Below are positions 44,610-55,663 of a stretch of 64,000 nt of DNA, piece by piece; the first letter of the stretch is position 1, and each line of letters opens with the position of its first letter. The notes below the pieces were generated by a model. That model was given only the letters and a program-made list of their open reading frames with translations, ran no database searches and had not been told where the DNA came from. The stretch covers positions 895,368-959,367 of the forward strand of contig RHPI01002533.1 in assembly GCA_009103225.1 (NCBI GenBank), written 5' to 3'. A program made the translations under genes and the position numbers. Origin of the DNA: Chlorokybus atmophyticus. Its lineage: Eukaryota > Plantae > Mesostigma and Chlorokybus algae.

Positions 44610-45700
44610 TTGCATGTCCGCAATGGGAGCCTACTGCAGCGCAACATGCAGCAAAAGGCCATGCTCGCCTTGGCCGATGTGGAGCGCATCAGTGTTGCAG
44701 CCATTCATAAGAATGCACGCGCTCGGCGGGAGCTTGTGTGGCAGGAGTTTATGGACTACTTGCAAGCACTACATGTTGCCGTGGAAAATGTCACTCCCAT
44801 TGTAGTGACGGCCTACTTAGCCGGGCATTGGAACGATGTGCACATCAACAAAGCCCGGCGCAAGGATAAGAATGGTGCACTTATGATATCCAGCAGCACC
44901 AATGATGTGACCATTATGCATTTGAGCGCTGGTTTCAGGTGGCATGGTAGAGTGGGCCCGTGGAGTACAAGTCATCCCGCAGGCAACCCTTGCGAGTCTG
45001 TCGATGTGCGTGAGTATCGCGCTGGCTATGCCAAGTGTACATTCAAGCTGGCGTGCAGCCCGTGCATGCCATACCTTTGGCTCATACCGACATGAACACA
45101 CTAGTATGCTACTTTCAGCAGTAAGAGCAAAGTACTTGACCAGAGCGGGACACTTATGAAAGCGCAATCCTCTATCGTGACTACACATTGTGCATGTACT
45201 TGTGGTGCACATTGCAAAAAGGCAGTGAAGGTGCCCGCATAAAAATGGTACATATACTAATAGACGGCACAGAAGTCTATACACAAGCCACCCATCTCAA
45301 GTATTGTGCAGGGCGAGTACCAACTATTAAAGTTTGCAAGAGCGACTTGAGTGTGGAGTTCTGCGAAGTGCTAGAATTGTACTTGAGCCATGTAAAAGAG
45401 AGCCCCTTCAGCATCAAAAAAGGCCCCATGTTTCGTCCGCTAGCCCGCAATAACAAGCACTGGGAGAAGCGCACTATCAGCGGTGATTGCGCATGTCAGG
45501 CATTTGTCAAGCATTGCCAAAGAAGTGGTATATAACGCCGCACCTGAGACTGCACTCATTCTTACGAGACAATGCGCAACATGCGCTACGCACGGGTGTG
45601 TCCCTGGACGACATTTAAGCTGAGGGGTTGTGGAAAGGAGCGCAAAGTATGCATCTGTACTTACACAACAAGTATGTAACACTGGTTCCCATGTGACGTA
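44610..45700 (+). pseudogene. Tyrosine recombinase of the DIRS-like element
   Basis: N-terminal domain WQEFMDYL..VTAYL..GRVGPW..GNPCESVDVREYRAGY. Catalytic-type segments GPMFRP, LHSFLRD and GLWKG..MHLYL are split by frameshifts and a TAA. Confidence 0.7.
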
Positions 45701-48023
45701 AGCCACAACATACGGATAGGACCCCGGGTTGATGGTGTTGTCGGGTACTCTGGCGCCTTTCACAAACCAGTCAGTGTGCTTGCCTACATGACGCATGTCT
45801 CGCTTGCGCCACGCCATGATAGCAGGCGCTGCCCGGCATCGGCACAGCTGACATGAACGCTGCAGATTTGGCATTCCAATCCGCTGCAAACACATCCAGA
45901 CAACGCTTGCCAAATAGCGATTGCATCCACGCAGTGGGTGTGTTTGCCAGTGCCCAATCCCCTTTGTCCGGCAGCTTCGAGAGCGCATCCTCAACTCCCA
46001 AACTATGGAGACCGCCAAATCTCTTTCCCAAGAAACTTGCCATAATCATTGCAATGCAACTTGCACAGCTGGATGCGATGCTGTCAACTTTATCAGCATG
46101 GCCACGGCGGGCTGGCAATTGCCAACAATCCTTTCAGTGGCATGCTGCAACGCTGGTTGCTATCGTATCAACTCCAAAGAGGCAGCCACATATGCCAATG
46201 CCTCTTTCACTGCTGAAGGCAGACCTTGTTGCCAAGGAGCAAAGTTCCCCACCATCGCCGCCCATGGGCCTGTAGCCCCCCAGCCCATGATGCCAGATGC
46301 ATCCACGCGCAACTCATGTGCTACTGGCGGCTTCTAGCACGCCGAGCCATTATAAGCCGGCATGCTGTGCTGCAGCCACAACGCGAAGTCCACCAATAAC
46401 GGCGGTGTAAACTCTTCATCCCAATCACTGTGATCAGTGGTCAGCTGTAGTTGCCAGCGCGCATACAGGTATGCGGGAGCTAAGGCCATATTCATTGCCA
46501 CCAGTTTGCCTGCTACCTTTGCCAACATGCGCTTGGTGATCACGTTTGCGCTCATCATCTTGTACTTCAGCTCCAGTAACTTATGTAACTTGTCAGGGGG
46601 TATGCAGAACACACCACGCTCGGTGTCCAATAGCAGACCCAGCAGCTTGACACACAGTTGCGGCCAGAGCACGCACTTATGCAGGGTGACAAACATGCCC
46701 AGTAGTTTCAGCAGCTGCATTAATTGCAAAATGCGCCAGCACATATGGCGGCGATTGGCATGGCGAAGGTGCATGTCATCAATGTAGGAAACAAAGCCCA
46801 TGCCCAGCTTGCGCAAGGGTGTGAAGACTGTGGACATCAGCTCCGAAAACAGCCAACAGGCTTGGTTAAGGCCAAACGGTAGCACTTTCCAACGGTATTC
46901 AACTCCTTCATATTCCATTGCCAAATAGGGCTTGCTGTTTACATGTATTGGCACATGATGATAGCCTGACTTCAAGTCCGCTATCACTAGATAATAGCCT
47001 TCACGTGTGTACAGCAACGTATCCTCCAGGTGCTCATAATTGAAGGGAATAAGCACCAAAAAGACATTTATGTATCTCAGATCCATAATGAGGCGCAGTC
47101 TTGCCGCTATCATCTTTAACCACTCCAATTCCTGTAATAACCTTCACATCTGAAGGTTGTACCGCAAAAATTGCTTTTGGACGCATCGAATTGTTCAACT
47201 CCTTAAGCACAAATGCTCGGTGCTGTATTGCTGACGGCATGTTGCGCAATTGAATTGAAGTTGGAGTTTCATTTTGCATTACTGCCTCCACATGATCGGA
47301 AATGCAATCCTCCTACAGCATCATCTGCTTCACCTCTTCCATCTTCGATAGCTGGGTTTCCGATGTGCCCACCCAATCCAACTTGTATCCTTGACTCAAC
47401 CAGCGTAGCACATGGTTGTTATCTTGCCAGTGGTAGTCAACCATGTGCGCCACGATTCTTGCCGTTGACAAGGTGTAGCAGCCATAAAGTGATGACGCTA
47501 TCCAGAGTTGCTAAGCGCACTACGTGCTGCCACTGATGCTCGTCACACTCGGATCCACAGCCCAGCCTGCACCAGGTTAATCTCACGCCAGAGTTCACGC
47601 ACCAAGTGCTCCTGCTCAACATTTGAGCACAGCACCTCCGCATTAGCGGGTGGCGGCTCCGCAACCTTTGCGGGCTAGTAATGCAGGCATGTGCATGCGA
47701 TGCTGCAATGGTTGCTGTTTTAAAGCGTCCAGCAAGTCAGAGACTTCAAGGACTGTAACTAGAGGCACGTCTGCATGCATGGCATACTTGTCAATTTGGA
47801 TTGGTTGCTCGCTCAAAGCCGTTGAGGCAATGCTCGTCATTGTGGCGCTCAATGGGCGTTTGACTGTAGTAGCCGCCTTCAAACATGGCGGATTGCCGTC
47901 ATGCGTAGCATATGGCAGCATTGATGTAGTACATTGTTGTGAAGACTGCTGCAAGTCATGGTGATCGATGGACAACAGCAGCACAGGGTTTAATGAAGCT
48001 GGCATAGTTATGTCGTGTGCCAC
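45620..48023 (-). pseudogene. DIRS-type pol: reverse transcriptase, RNase H and degenerate Dam-like MT domain
   Basis: Motifs VLRWLSQGYKLDW, LRLIMDLRYIN, DLKSGYHH, WKVLPFGL, VSYIDD, KLLGLLLDT, WPRRAGHADKVDSIAS, LDVFAADWNAKSAAFMS. There is a 1-nt frameshift near 47100 and an in-frame TAG. Confidence 0.85.
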
Positions 48024-48292
48024 AAGTCATCATGATCTTGGTCATGGCTGTCATCAAGTGTCCTACACTAGCACAACATTGGCTCAGCACACTGTCATCT
48101 CAAAGTGCAATGTAATACATTCGGGGTTGATAGCGCTTATTGATGTCCTGGGCAAACTGTATGTCATCTATAGTATCGTACACGTGTGCACGCGTGTACG
48201 CATCTCAACACACACTATTGTACAATATTCACAACCCTACTAGTGTACACCATACAAAACTCTGCGCACGCGCGCAAGTGGTGCGCATGCTA

Positions 48293-50540
48293 TCATCTCG
48301 AGGTATCACACTGATTATCGCTTACCGTGGAGCCGGCAGAGCAGGGTGCTCCTCCATCTTCACTCGTGGAGGTGGACCTCCCCATGCAGCAGGTGGTGCT
48401 GGCCACGGGCCATATGGAGGGTAGAAAGGGCCCGAAGGATAGTGCTGAGCGCCTTGTCCGCGCGACTGACCATGACCGCGGAGGAGCAGGCCACCACCAT
48501 GATGGGCCTTCCTCAGAGTAGTGGGTGTTTTGTCGCCAAGCACCCTTCCCTTCTCCTTGCTGGCCCCCACAGCAGAGCGGCCACGCTGCTGCCTGCACGC
48601 AGCACACAATGTTGAGATGGCACGTCAATTGGGTGTGTGCTTCAGGCGCATGCACCGCGCACCAGATGGCCTCAACTGCAGGCTCAGCCCTTCCGGCCAT
48701 TGTAACAAGTACTACTTGACCCACTAGACGCACAATAGCTGGCTGCTTGCAGCTGCACGCCAGCGCGCTACTCTTAGCAACAATGGCACACATGCGCTTA
48801 TGCAGTACACGGACACATGGCTGGTGCAGACACAAAAGCCCTCAGAAACATGCACCAGCTGCGCACACACGCTTGAAGGCGGACACAACACGCAGCTGCA
48901 CACGCATGTTGAATCCACGGCGGCATGACACGTGCCGCTGCCGCTGCACACATACTTGAAACGGATACCAACGCGGCAGGTGTGCACACAAGCTTAAGGC
49001 GGACACAACCGCAGCTGCACACGGACAGTGCTGAATCAACGGCGACAAGACGCATCACGCAGCAGCCGCACACACTCGCTTGAAGCGGACATAAACGCAG
49101 TCGCACATGCATTCGGTGCAACACATGCATGGCGGACACCAACGCAGCTGCACACGCACCCATGCTGACTCAACAGCGACATGACGCACGACGCAGCAGC
49201 TGCACACACATGCTTGAGACGGACACAAACACAGCCATTCACGCACGCATGTTGGATCAACGGTAACATGACGCATGACGCAGCAGCTGCAAACAGAGGC
49301 TTGAAGCGGACACAAAGGCAGCTGCACGTGCAAGCATACGGACACACATACGAACGCAGCTGCGCACACGCGCATGCGCCCCAGCCCACAGCTGCCAAGC
49401 GCGTCAAAACAGGCCCACCATCTGCCAGGCCTTGAAGGTACTTCTTCTTTCAACAAGCCTAATGCCTAGTATGCACCGCACGCCATAAAGACATGCACGT
49501 GTGAGCACACCTTTGCTGCTCGGGAGGGCGGTCTTGCATGCAAGCCTGAGCTTGCTCATTGTACAGGGCATCAAGTTGCGCAACGAGCTTGCGCTCATTA
49601 AACAGCTTATCCATCTTAGCCCTGCCAACAAGCTTGCGGCAGAATTGTAAACATATCAGCATAATGGGGACTGCACGAGTGCTGCAGCATCATCTGGTAC
49701 AGCTGAGCTAGTGTCCACGACAAGAAGGGGTAACCATGCAACAGAACACCCTGCATGTCGTCCAGTAGGCGCTTCTCTTTAAAGCCCAAGTTCTTGCCAC
49801 GAGCCTGGTCCCAGAAGGCATACTGGCGCAAGTCGTGCGTAAACTTGAGGATGCGTCCGTCCATGGCCACGATGACATTACCAGCATCACAAACCGGGGC
49901 GACGTTCAATACAGGTGGCGCCTCATCCGTGTCATTACCTGTCTTTCGCACGGTGCAAATGTGAAATCTTGGGGGCAGATGTCCCTCAGCAATAGAGTGA
50001 GTGGCACAAAGAGCAGCATCCGGACCCCATGCGAGCGTGGACTCAACAGTCAGATGCATGCCGGATTCACCCTCGGGAGGATGCAACAGACTGATGCCCC
50101 AGAAAGGCGAACAGTTATGCATTATGAGCACGAGCACTGACTCTACCTTCACCTTCACCCATCCCATGTCGTTGCTTGTCCAGAGCTCGCAGATGCGACC
50201 GCACAGCCAACTGGGAGTGGAGCTCTTGTACAAGGCGAGCTTGTTTCGGAGTGTGAGGGACTCCACAAAGCGGCCAGATGGTGGGGTGACAGGCTGAGCG
50301 TCTTTTCAGAGCTCGAGCACGGCGTCCTCTGCTGTGCGGGGCCTAATGAGGACAGGTCCTCCCATAGGCGCTGCCGAAATGCCTGCAGCTGGCGCTATAA
50401 TTGGCGTTGCTGAATGCACAGCAGGTTGGGGAGTGGCAGCAGGTGCGGACGGGCCCTACTCTGGCAATGCCTGTGCTCCAGCGCCTGTCTGAACTTCACC
50501 ACCATCCCCCTCTTCCCCCATAGTCGTGTATGCGGTCTCA
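48293..50540 (-). pseudogene. Putative gag-like ORF of the DIRS-like element, interrupted
   Basis: Upstream of pol on the same strand. A CxxH-x4-H-x4-C knuckle (WCAVHAPEAHTQLTC, about 48630-48680) and a Pro/Gly-rich tail. Interrupted by a repeat-rich intron-like block. Confidence 0.5.
48720..49400. repeat. Degenerate tandem repeat (GCAGCTGCACAC / GGCGGACACAAC units) within the DIRS gag region
   Basis: Directly visible imperfect repeats. Confidence 0.75.
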
Positions 50541-50611
50541 TGCAACTCTCAATTCAAATTGTACAGCTAACATCAAAACACCTTTACACTTTTACCAACA
50601 AGCTGAGCGCC

Positions 50612-51148
50612 TGTAACGATTGGGGCCCGACCACTAGGCTATGGTAGTAAAGACACTACCATGAGTGAGGTCTGTCACAATTCATCCCAATTTGTGACAT
50701 TCCTCTCCAATTTAACCCATGAGTTTCTCATAATCCAATGAGGCACTAGCCCATGTTGCCGTGTTCGCAACCGTACCACGATCGGTCTGCCCGCGGCCTG
50801 TTGGATCCGGCCCACGAACGGTCCTGACCGACCGAACGGCCATCCTCACCGCGCGACCTGCCATCGCAGCGCGACCGCTCACGTGGCCTTAGGTTGAACT
50901 GGCTCAGCGCGCAGGTCGTAATTACGCGCCCAGTCTAGGGCAAGCCGCCCCAAATGTTGTGTTTTTGCCTTGGATCTGCCTCAGTCCCCTACGGAAATTG
51001 AACCTGAGACGTCAAGCTTCATTACCATTGTAACAATTGGGGCCCGACCACTAGGCTATGGTAGTAAAGACACTACCATGAGTGAGATCTGTCACAATTT
51101 ATCCCAATTGGTGACATTCAATGTCACGAATTGGGATAAATTGTGACA
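50612..51148 (-). mobile_element. TRIM-like miniature LTR retrotransposon with 88-bp LTRs and a 5-bp TSD
   Basis: LTRs at 50612-50699 and 51029-51116 differ at 4 positions and have TG..CA ends. The 329-bp internal region has no recognisable coding sequence. On the minus strand there is a PBS-like TGGTAATGAAGC beside one LTR and a PPT GGAGAGGAA beside the other. GCGCC occurs at 50607-50611 and 51149-51153. Confidence 0.8.
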
Positions 51149-52079
51149 GCGCCGCCGCCGCCGTCGCTGCTGCTCTGCTTAAGCACAACAACAACAACTA
51201 CTACTACTACGGCATGCAAGCTTACAGCGCTGGCGCCCTGCAAGGTACGCTGCGTCGGCTACCGAGTGCGCGGCTTGGGGCTGTGACATTGGCAGAGGAT
51301 GCAGGCTGAGGGCGCATTCAACGCCCGCCTGCATCCTATGCGGTGGCAGATTCACAACTGCCGACGTGACGCGCTGTCAGCCAGTGACTTCAGCAGTTGA
51401 GTATTGGCCATACTATACTGTCAATGCATTGCTGAGCATTGATGGGGTTGGGAAAATGCATTGTTATTGGCGATGGGTTGCAAAGTGTTGCGTAGTTATT
51501 ATGATCTTTGTAAGAAATGATGTTAACAATACTAGTGTACATTTCTATTATAGAGTCAAAGAAAACGATAAAACACATGCGAAATTACATGTATATAATA
51601 ATCATTATGATGTATAGCAAACTATGTCGAATAGCGAGCTTCGAATGAACAAACAAAGTGAACATGTTTGGTAAAGTTTTTCATCTAACCAAGGGCATTA
51701 TATGTCAGAATTGTGACTCATATCGACCTGCTTGCATTCGCTGCTACCTTTTGCCGCCCTTCCCTCACATTTGCACGCACTTAGCTATGACGCATAACCA
51801 GTTTTTATTGTGTTTGTATTGCTGCTTCAGAGCTATACATGTTAATTATAGTGCGTGTGTTGATGGTCATCATCAGCGCACGCACAACCTATGCACTACA
51901 TCGGCTGTGTTGCATTGGTGCGGCTAACAGATTCTTCGACCGTCTACAAAAGCTAATAGGTGAAAATGTGCGTTTTATTAACAAGTAAGCAACGTTTGTA
52001 GTGCTACACACGTTGCTTATTAACTAGCAACTTTAAGAAAATTCATTGAATCTTCGTAAACTTGAAGGGGCGAGGTCGC

Positions 52080-53330
52080 ATGGCGCATATGGCTAAGAGC
52101 TGTGCTAGTTTGGTTTAATGATATATGCTAAATTGAGCGGCCATTGACCTGCATCAGCACGCCATTGTCACCAACAGATATACAGCAAGTATACGGCTAT
52201 TGAACTGGAGTGCCTTACAGTGTGATGGGTAATGGCCAAACTTTGCGTTTAATGGCCGGGTGACCATGGCAGCTTCAATTGGGTGGAGACAGATTATGCT
52301 ATGTTGAATGGATTGTGTTCAACGTGAGATGTCTCTGGTTGATTAACGCGTTGAGTAATAACACTTCAAGATTATAACTTCAACATCGGTTATTGCCCAA
52401 ATACCACCAACCGAGATCAATATATTGATGATGCCTTCAAACCATAACTTGAAGTTGTCCCGAGCTCCGCAAGCTTTCAGTGCAGTCTGCTATGTGCAAG
52501 CAGCAATTGGTGATACCAGAGTTGCTTATGCCTACCATATTGTGCAGCACAGCAAGTGGACGACATGGTTTTATTCACAAGGCGTCAATGGCAAGCACAT
52601 CAAGCACATCGCCTTAACTTAGCAATACCATGAGCACGGTGACTTGCTGTAAACAACAGTTGTTTTTGTCGGGTTATTAAGAATGACTAAGTTTTGATGG
52701 GATGCTTTTGCTAAAGGTGCTGCGACATTCGAAGTCATACCCATACTTTAAAGACATACTTTCACAAAACTCTGCAGCGTCTTGAACTATTCTTCTACTG
52801 GTCATCCATTAGCAAGGACGTGCACACGTATTTATCATTGTATCATACTTGCTAAACATGCAATGAGCTCAACACCTTACATGAGCAACTGCGAAGCATT
52901 CAAGTGTAACGACTCTCTGAACTAATGGCTTGGGACATCATAAGCCCCTTCCCTGAAACAGCAAAAGGGATCAAATACATCATCCGACTGACAACTGCAT
53001 TTGACGGGCACTGTTAATAGTTCCTAACATTGAAACAAAGAAAATGGTTGCTTTCGTACTGAACGACTCATCGCCGAGCAATTGTGACCCGAGCGTATCA
53101 TGTTAAATAGAAAGAGCAACCGCACAGAAATGGTGATGCAGCTAGTGTGCAAAATGTTTGATACACATTAAAGTTTATGTGCGATAGATACCACCCTGAA
53201 ATGGACGGGTTCATGAAGCAAAAAAATCACTATTGAGGATGAGCTATTAAATTATATTGACTCACAACGCAACGACTGAGACAAACACACCTTCGCTGTT
53301 TAAGCCTCCACGCAATTCACTCCATAGAAA
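52080..53330 (+). pseudogene. Heavily decayed Ty3/Gypsy pol relic (RNase H + integrase)
   Basis: Hand translation gives KYTAIELECLTV*W, VETDYAML..DVSG*LTR*VITLQDYNFNIGY, KTLQRLELFFYWSSISKDVHTY, WDIISPFPETAKGIKYII and YHPEMDG. Confidence 0.75.
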
Positions 53331-53527
53331 GCCATATATGGCCGCTGGCTAACGCTACCTCCAATAGTAGGGTTCTCAACACCTCAAGTGCAATGACCAG
53401 GTTGGTTCAAGCTTTCAATGACACCTTACTCATTTAGCATGCGATTAATCAGCATAAACTACACATGGTACAGTTGCACAATTGTGCATTGTGCGCATGC
53501 CTTTAACTAGCATTTTGCATTATTGAA

Positions 53528-53583
53528 CACAACTCAATCCTGTATCGAATCGGCGAGCTGATTCGATACAGGATTGAGTTGTG
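53528..53583. repeat. Perfect 24-bp inverted repeat with an 8-nt loop
   Basis: CACAACTCAATCCTGTATCGAATC-ggcgagct-GATTCGATACAGGATTGAGTTGTG. Confidence 0.9.
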
Positions 53584-53696
53584 GGAACCCAATGTCACGT
53601 GCAGCATCGGAATGAACTCACAAGTGTCATAGGCTTTGTCAAACCCTGCGCATAGAAATAACATATGCATCTATGCAAATTTCACAAGGCGCAAAA

Positions 53697-53882
53697 TGTA
53701 TATATATACATATATATATTCATATATGTATACATATATGTATATATACATATATATATGTGCATACATATATGTATACATATACACATATATATATGTT
53801 TATATATATGTATACATATATGTATACATATACACAAATATGTATACATATATGTATATATATACATATATCAATATATTAT
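53697..53882. repeat. (TA)n / (TATACA)n microsatellite
   Basis: Directly visible. Confidence 0.9.
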
Positions 53883-55663
53883 ATTTGTATTAATAGTGTA
53901 AATAAACCAATAATAATAACAATAACTTCGCCATAATGTATTCGTCGCTGCTGGAACGGCACAAAATGATTGGGGCCTTTTACCTTGTATTGTTTGATTA
54001 TGTCACTTGCTAATAATATACACCGAAATAGCTACTGCATTAAGTTAAACAAAAGTACTGCTTATTACTTATACAAAAACATCAGTTTGATAGTGGGACA
54101 TGTTGACCACCCGTTTGCACTATGTGTATTGTTTTTCCATACTCGTGCCATATGACTAAAAGTAGAATTAAAAGGCCTGTACTATCAACACTATGTTGAC
54201 ATTTCTTGATTTATATGTACGGTAGTTGCAATGAAGCACCTCCACAACTCCAACGTCATAATAAGCAACATTTGAACATGTTTTAATGAGTGATTACCAA
54301 ATAACACATGCTATTAAGCAGATCAGCAATATCAATGTTTGCAATAGCATCAATTGTTATGATTATTTCCAATAAACACACGCGATGTTCAATTGCAATT
54401 GCGCATACATCACAAACTTTAAAATGTTATTTAAGTGACAAAAGTGTAGCATTGTGCATCCGCAGGCATAATTATGAACACGCCTCGCTCGTCAACTGAT
54501 TGGCTCTAGAGTATTGTTTTTATATGCACACGGTATGAGAAATGCTCTTTGTTGAAACGTGTTGTTTCAAGAGGCCTACTTTAGTTGTAGCATATTAAGT
54601 TGCAAAAAAACAGTATTTATTAAATTGTAATTATCGTTGGACGTTTATAACACAAGTTTATACGTCGCACTTTTGCTTTGAATCAAAAAAATCAGCATTA
54701 TCGGTCGTATTAACTTCAAGAGGCTGCTCAATAAGATATGACAGAAAACGTTGTGTATAACAACACTTTATTTACTTGATATTCAGAAACAACACTTTTA
54801 TAGGAACCTTAAAGTCGTCCGACTTTGAGGCTGTGCTCAGAAACATGGTGTTCAATGGATTAATGCATCTTGTTTGGGCATCAGCTTTTACAATAGCAGT
54901 AATTGTGAATTATAGCAAGGATATGACCTCTATTATACTTGTCAGCTGCTTTATGGCTCGGTCTTGGGTTGTTGGTACAAGAGTGTATTGTTATTTGCTC
55001 CTAAGTGTGAATAGACATGATGGGATTCTCATTGGCACGTTGAATTAAGGCTTAGGTTAAGTTTGGTCTAAGCGGCATTGGTAACTTTTAAGTTACTGTG
55101 GCCGTGTAACGGTCCCGCCTGTCTGCTCCTGCGCGCGCCACGTCTTCACAGGCACTGTGGTCCGGCGCCGTCGGATGGAAGATCTCGGCAACCGAGCACT
55201 ATCCAACGGCACCCGCTCGCGCACATTGCCGACCTCAAAGCAAACGTTTGTCGCTAGCGTGCTTCCGCCTCTAGCTGGCACCAGCTGCGTCCACGTCGCG
55301 GTGGCCTGCTTCATGACGGCTCGAACAAGGCAAAAATCAAGCTCGCGTTGCGGGCCTGATTTAGCAGTGGTGCACCCCATGTAACACAGGACAGCACGCA
55401 ACATGACGTGACGCAGGATAAGCATAAGTATGCCAGCGTGTAACGCCGTCCTTAGGGCAAGTCTGTGTGTACAGAGCTGCACCAGCGACAAGGCGTATCA
55501 GCAGCGGCGGGGTTTGTCGACGAGGTTGCTGGAGTGAGCGCCGCCTGGGTTGTTAGTCGGTTGGGAGCGTGTGAGCGAGATTGTCTGGACAAATCTTGAT
55601 TGCAAGCAAGAGGGCTGCACAGGGTGGTGCTGGCCGTCTGAGGTCATCTGCAAACCGGTGGTC

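Larger units (their letters stand above)
44584..50560 (-). mobile_element. Degenerate DIRS/PAT-like tyrosine-recombinase retrotransposon; termini not resolved
   Basis: gag and RT-RNaseH-MT remnants on the minus strand and a tyrosine recombinase on the plus strand. Several stops and frameshifts. Confidence 0.8.

Noticed and set aside
49616-50266. Possible PHD finger in the DIRS gag ORF
   Set aside because: The Cys/His spacing does not fit C4HC3.
50612-51116. 88-bp direct repeats as a CRISPR array or DIRS split direct repeats
   Set aside because: Only two copies, with TG..CA ends, PBS, PPT and TSD, which fits an LTR element. There are no cas genes.
53528-53600. Hairpin as a Helitron 3' end or rho-independent terminator
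   Set aside because: No CTRR just downstream, no U-tract, and the context is eukaryotic.
55093-55491. 132-aa minus-strand ORF divergent from SPS
   Set aside because: It has a non-ATG start and no recognisable domain, and lies in the GC-rich SPS promoter region.
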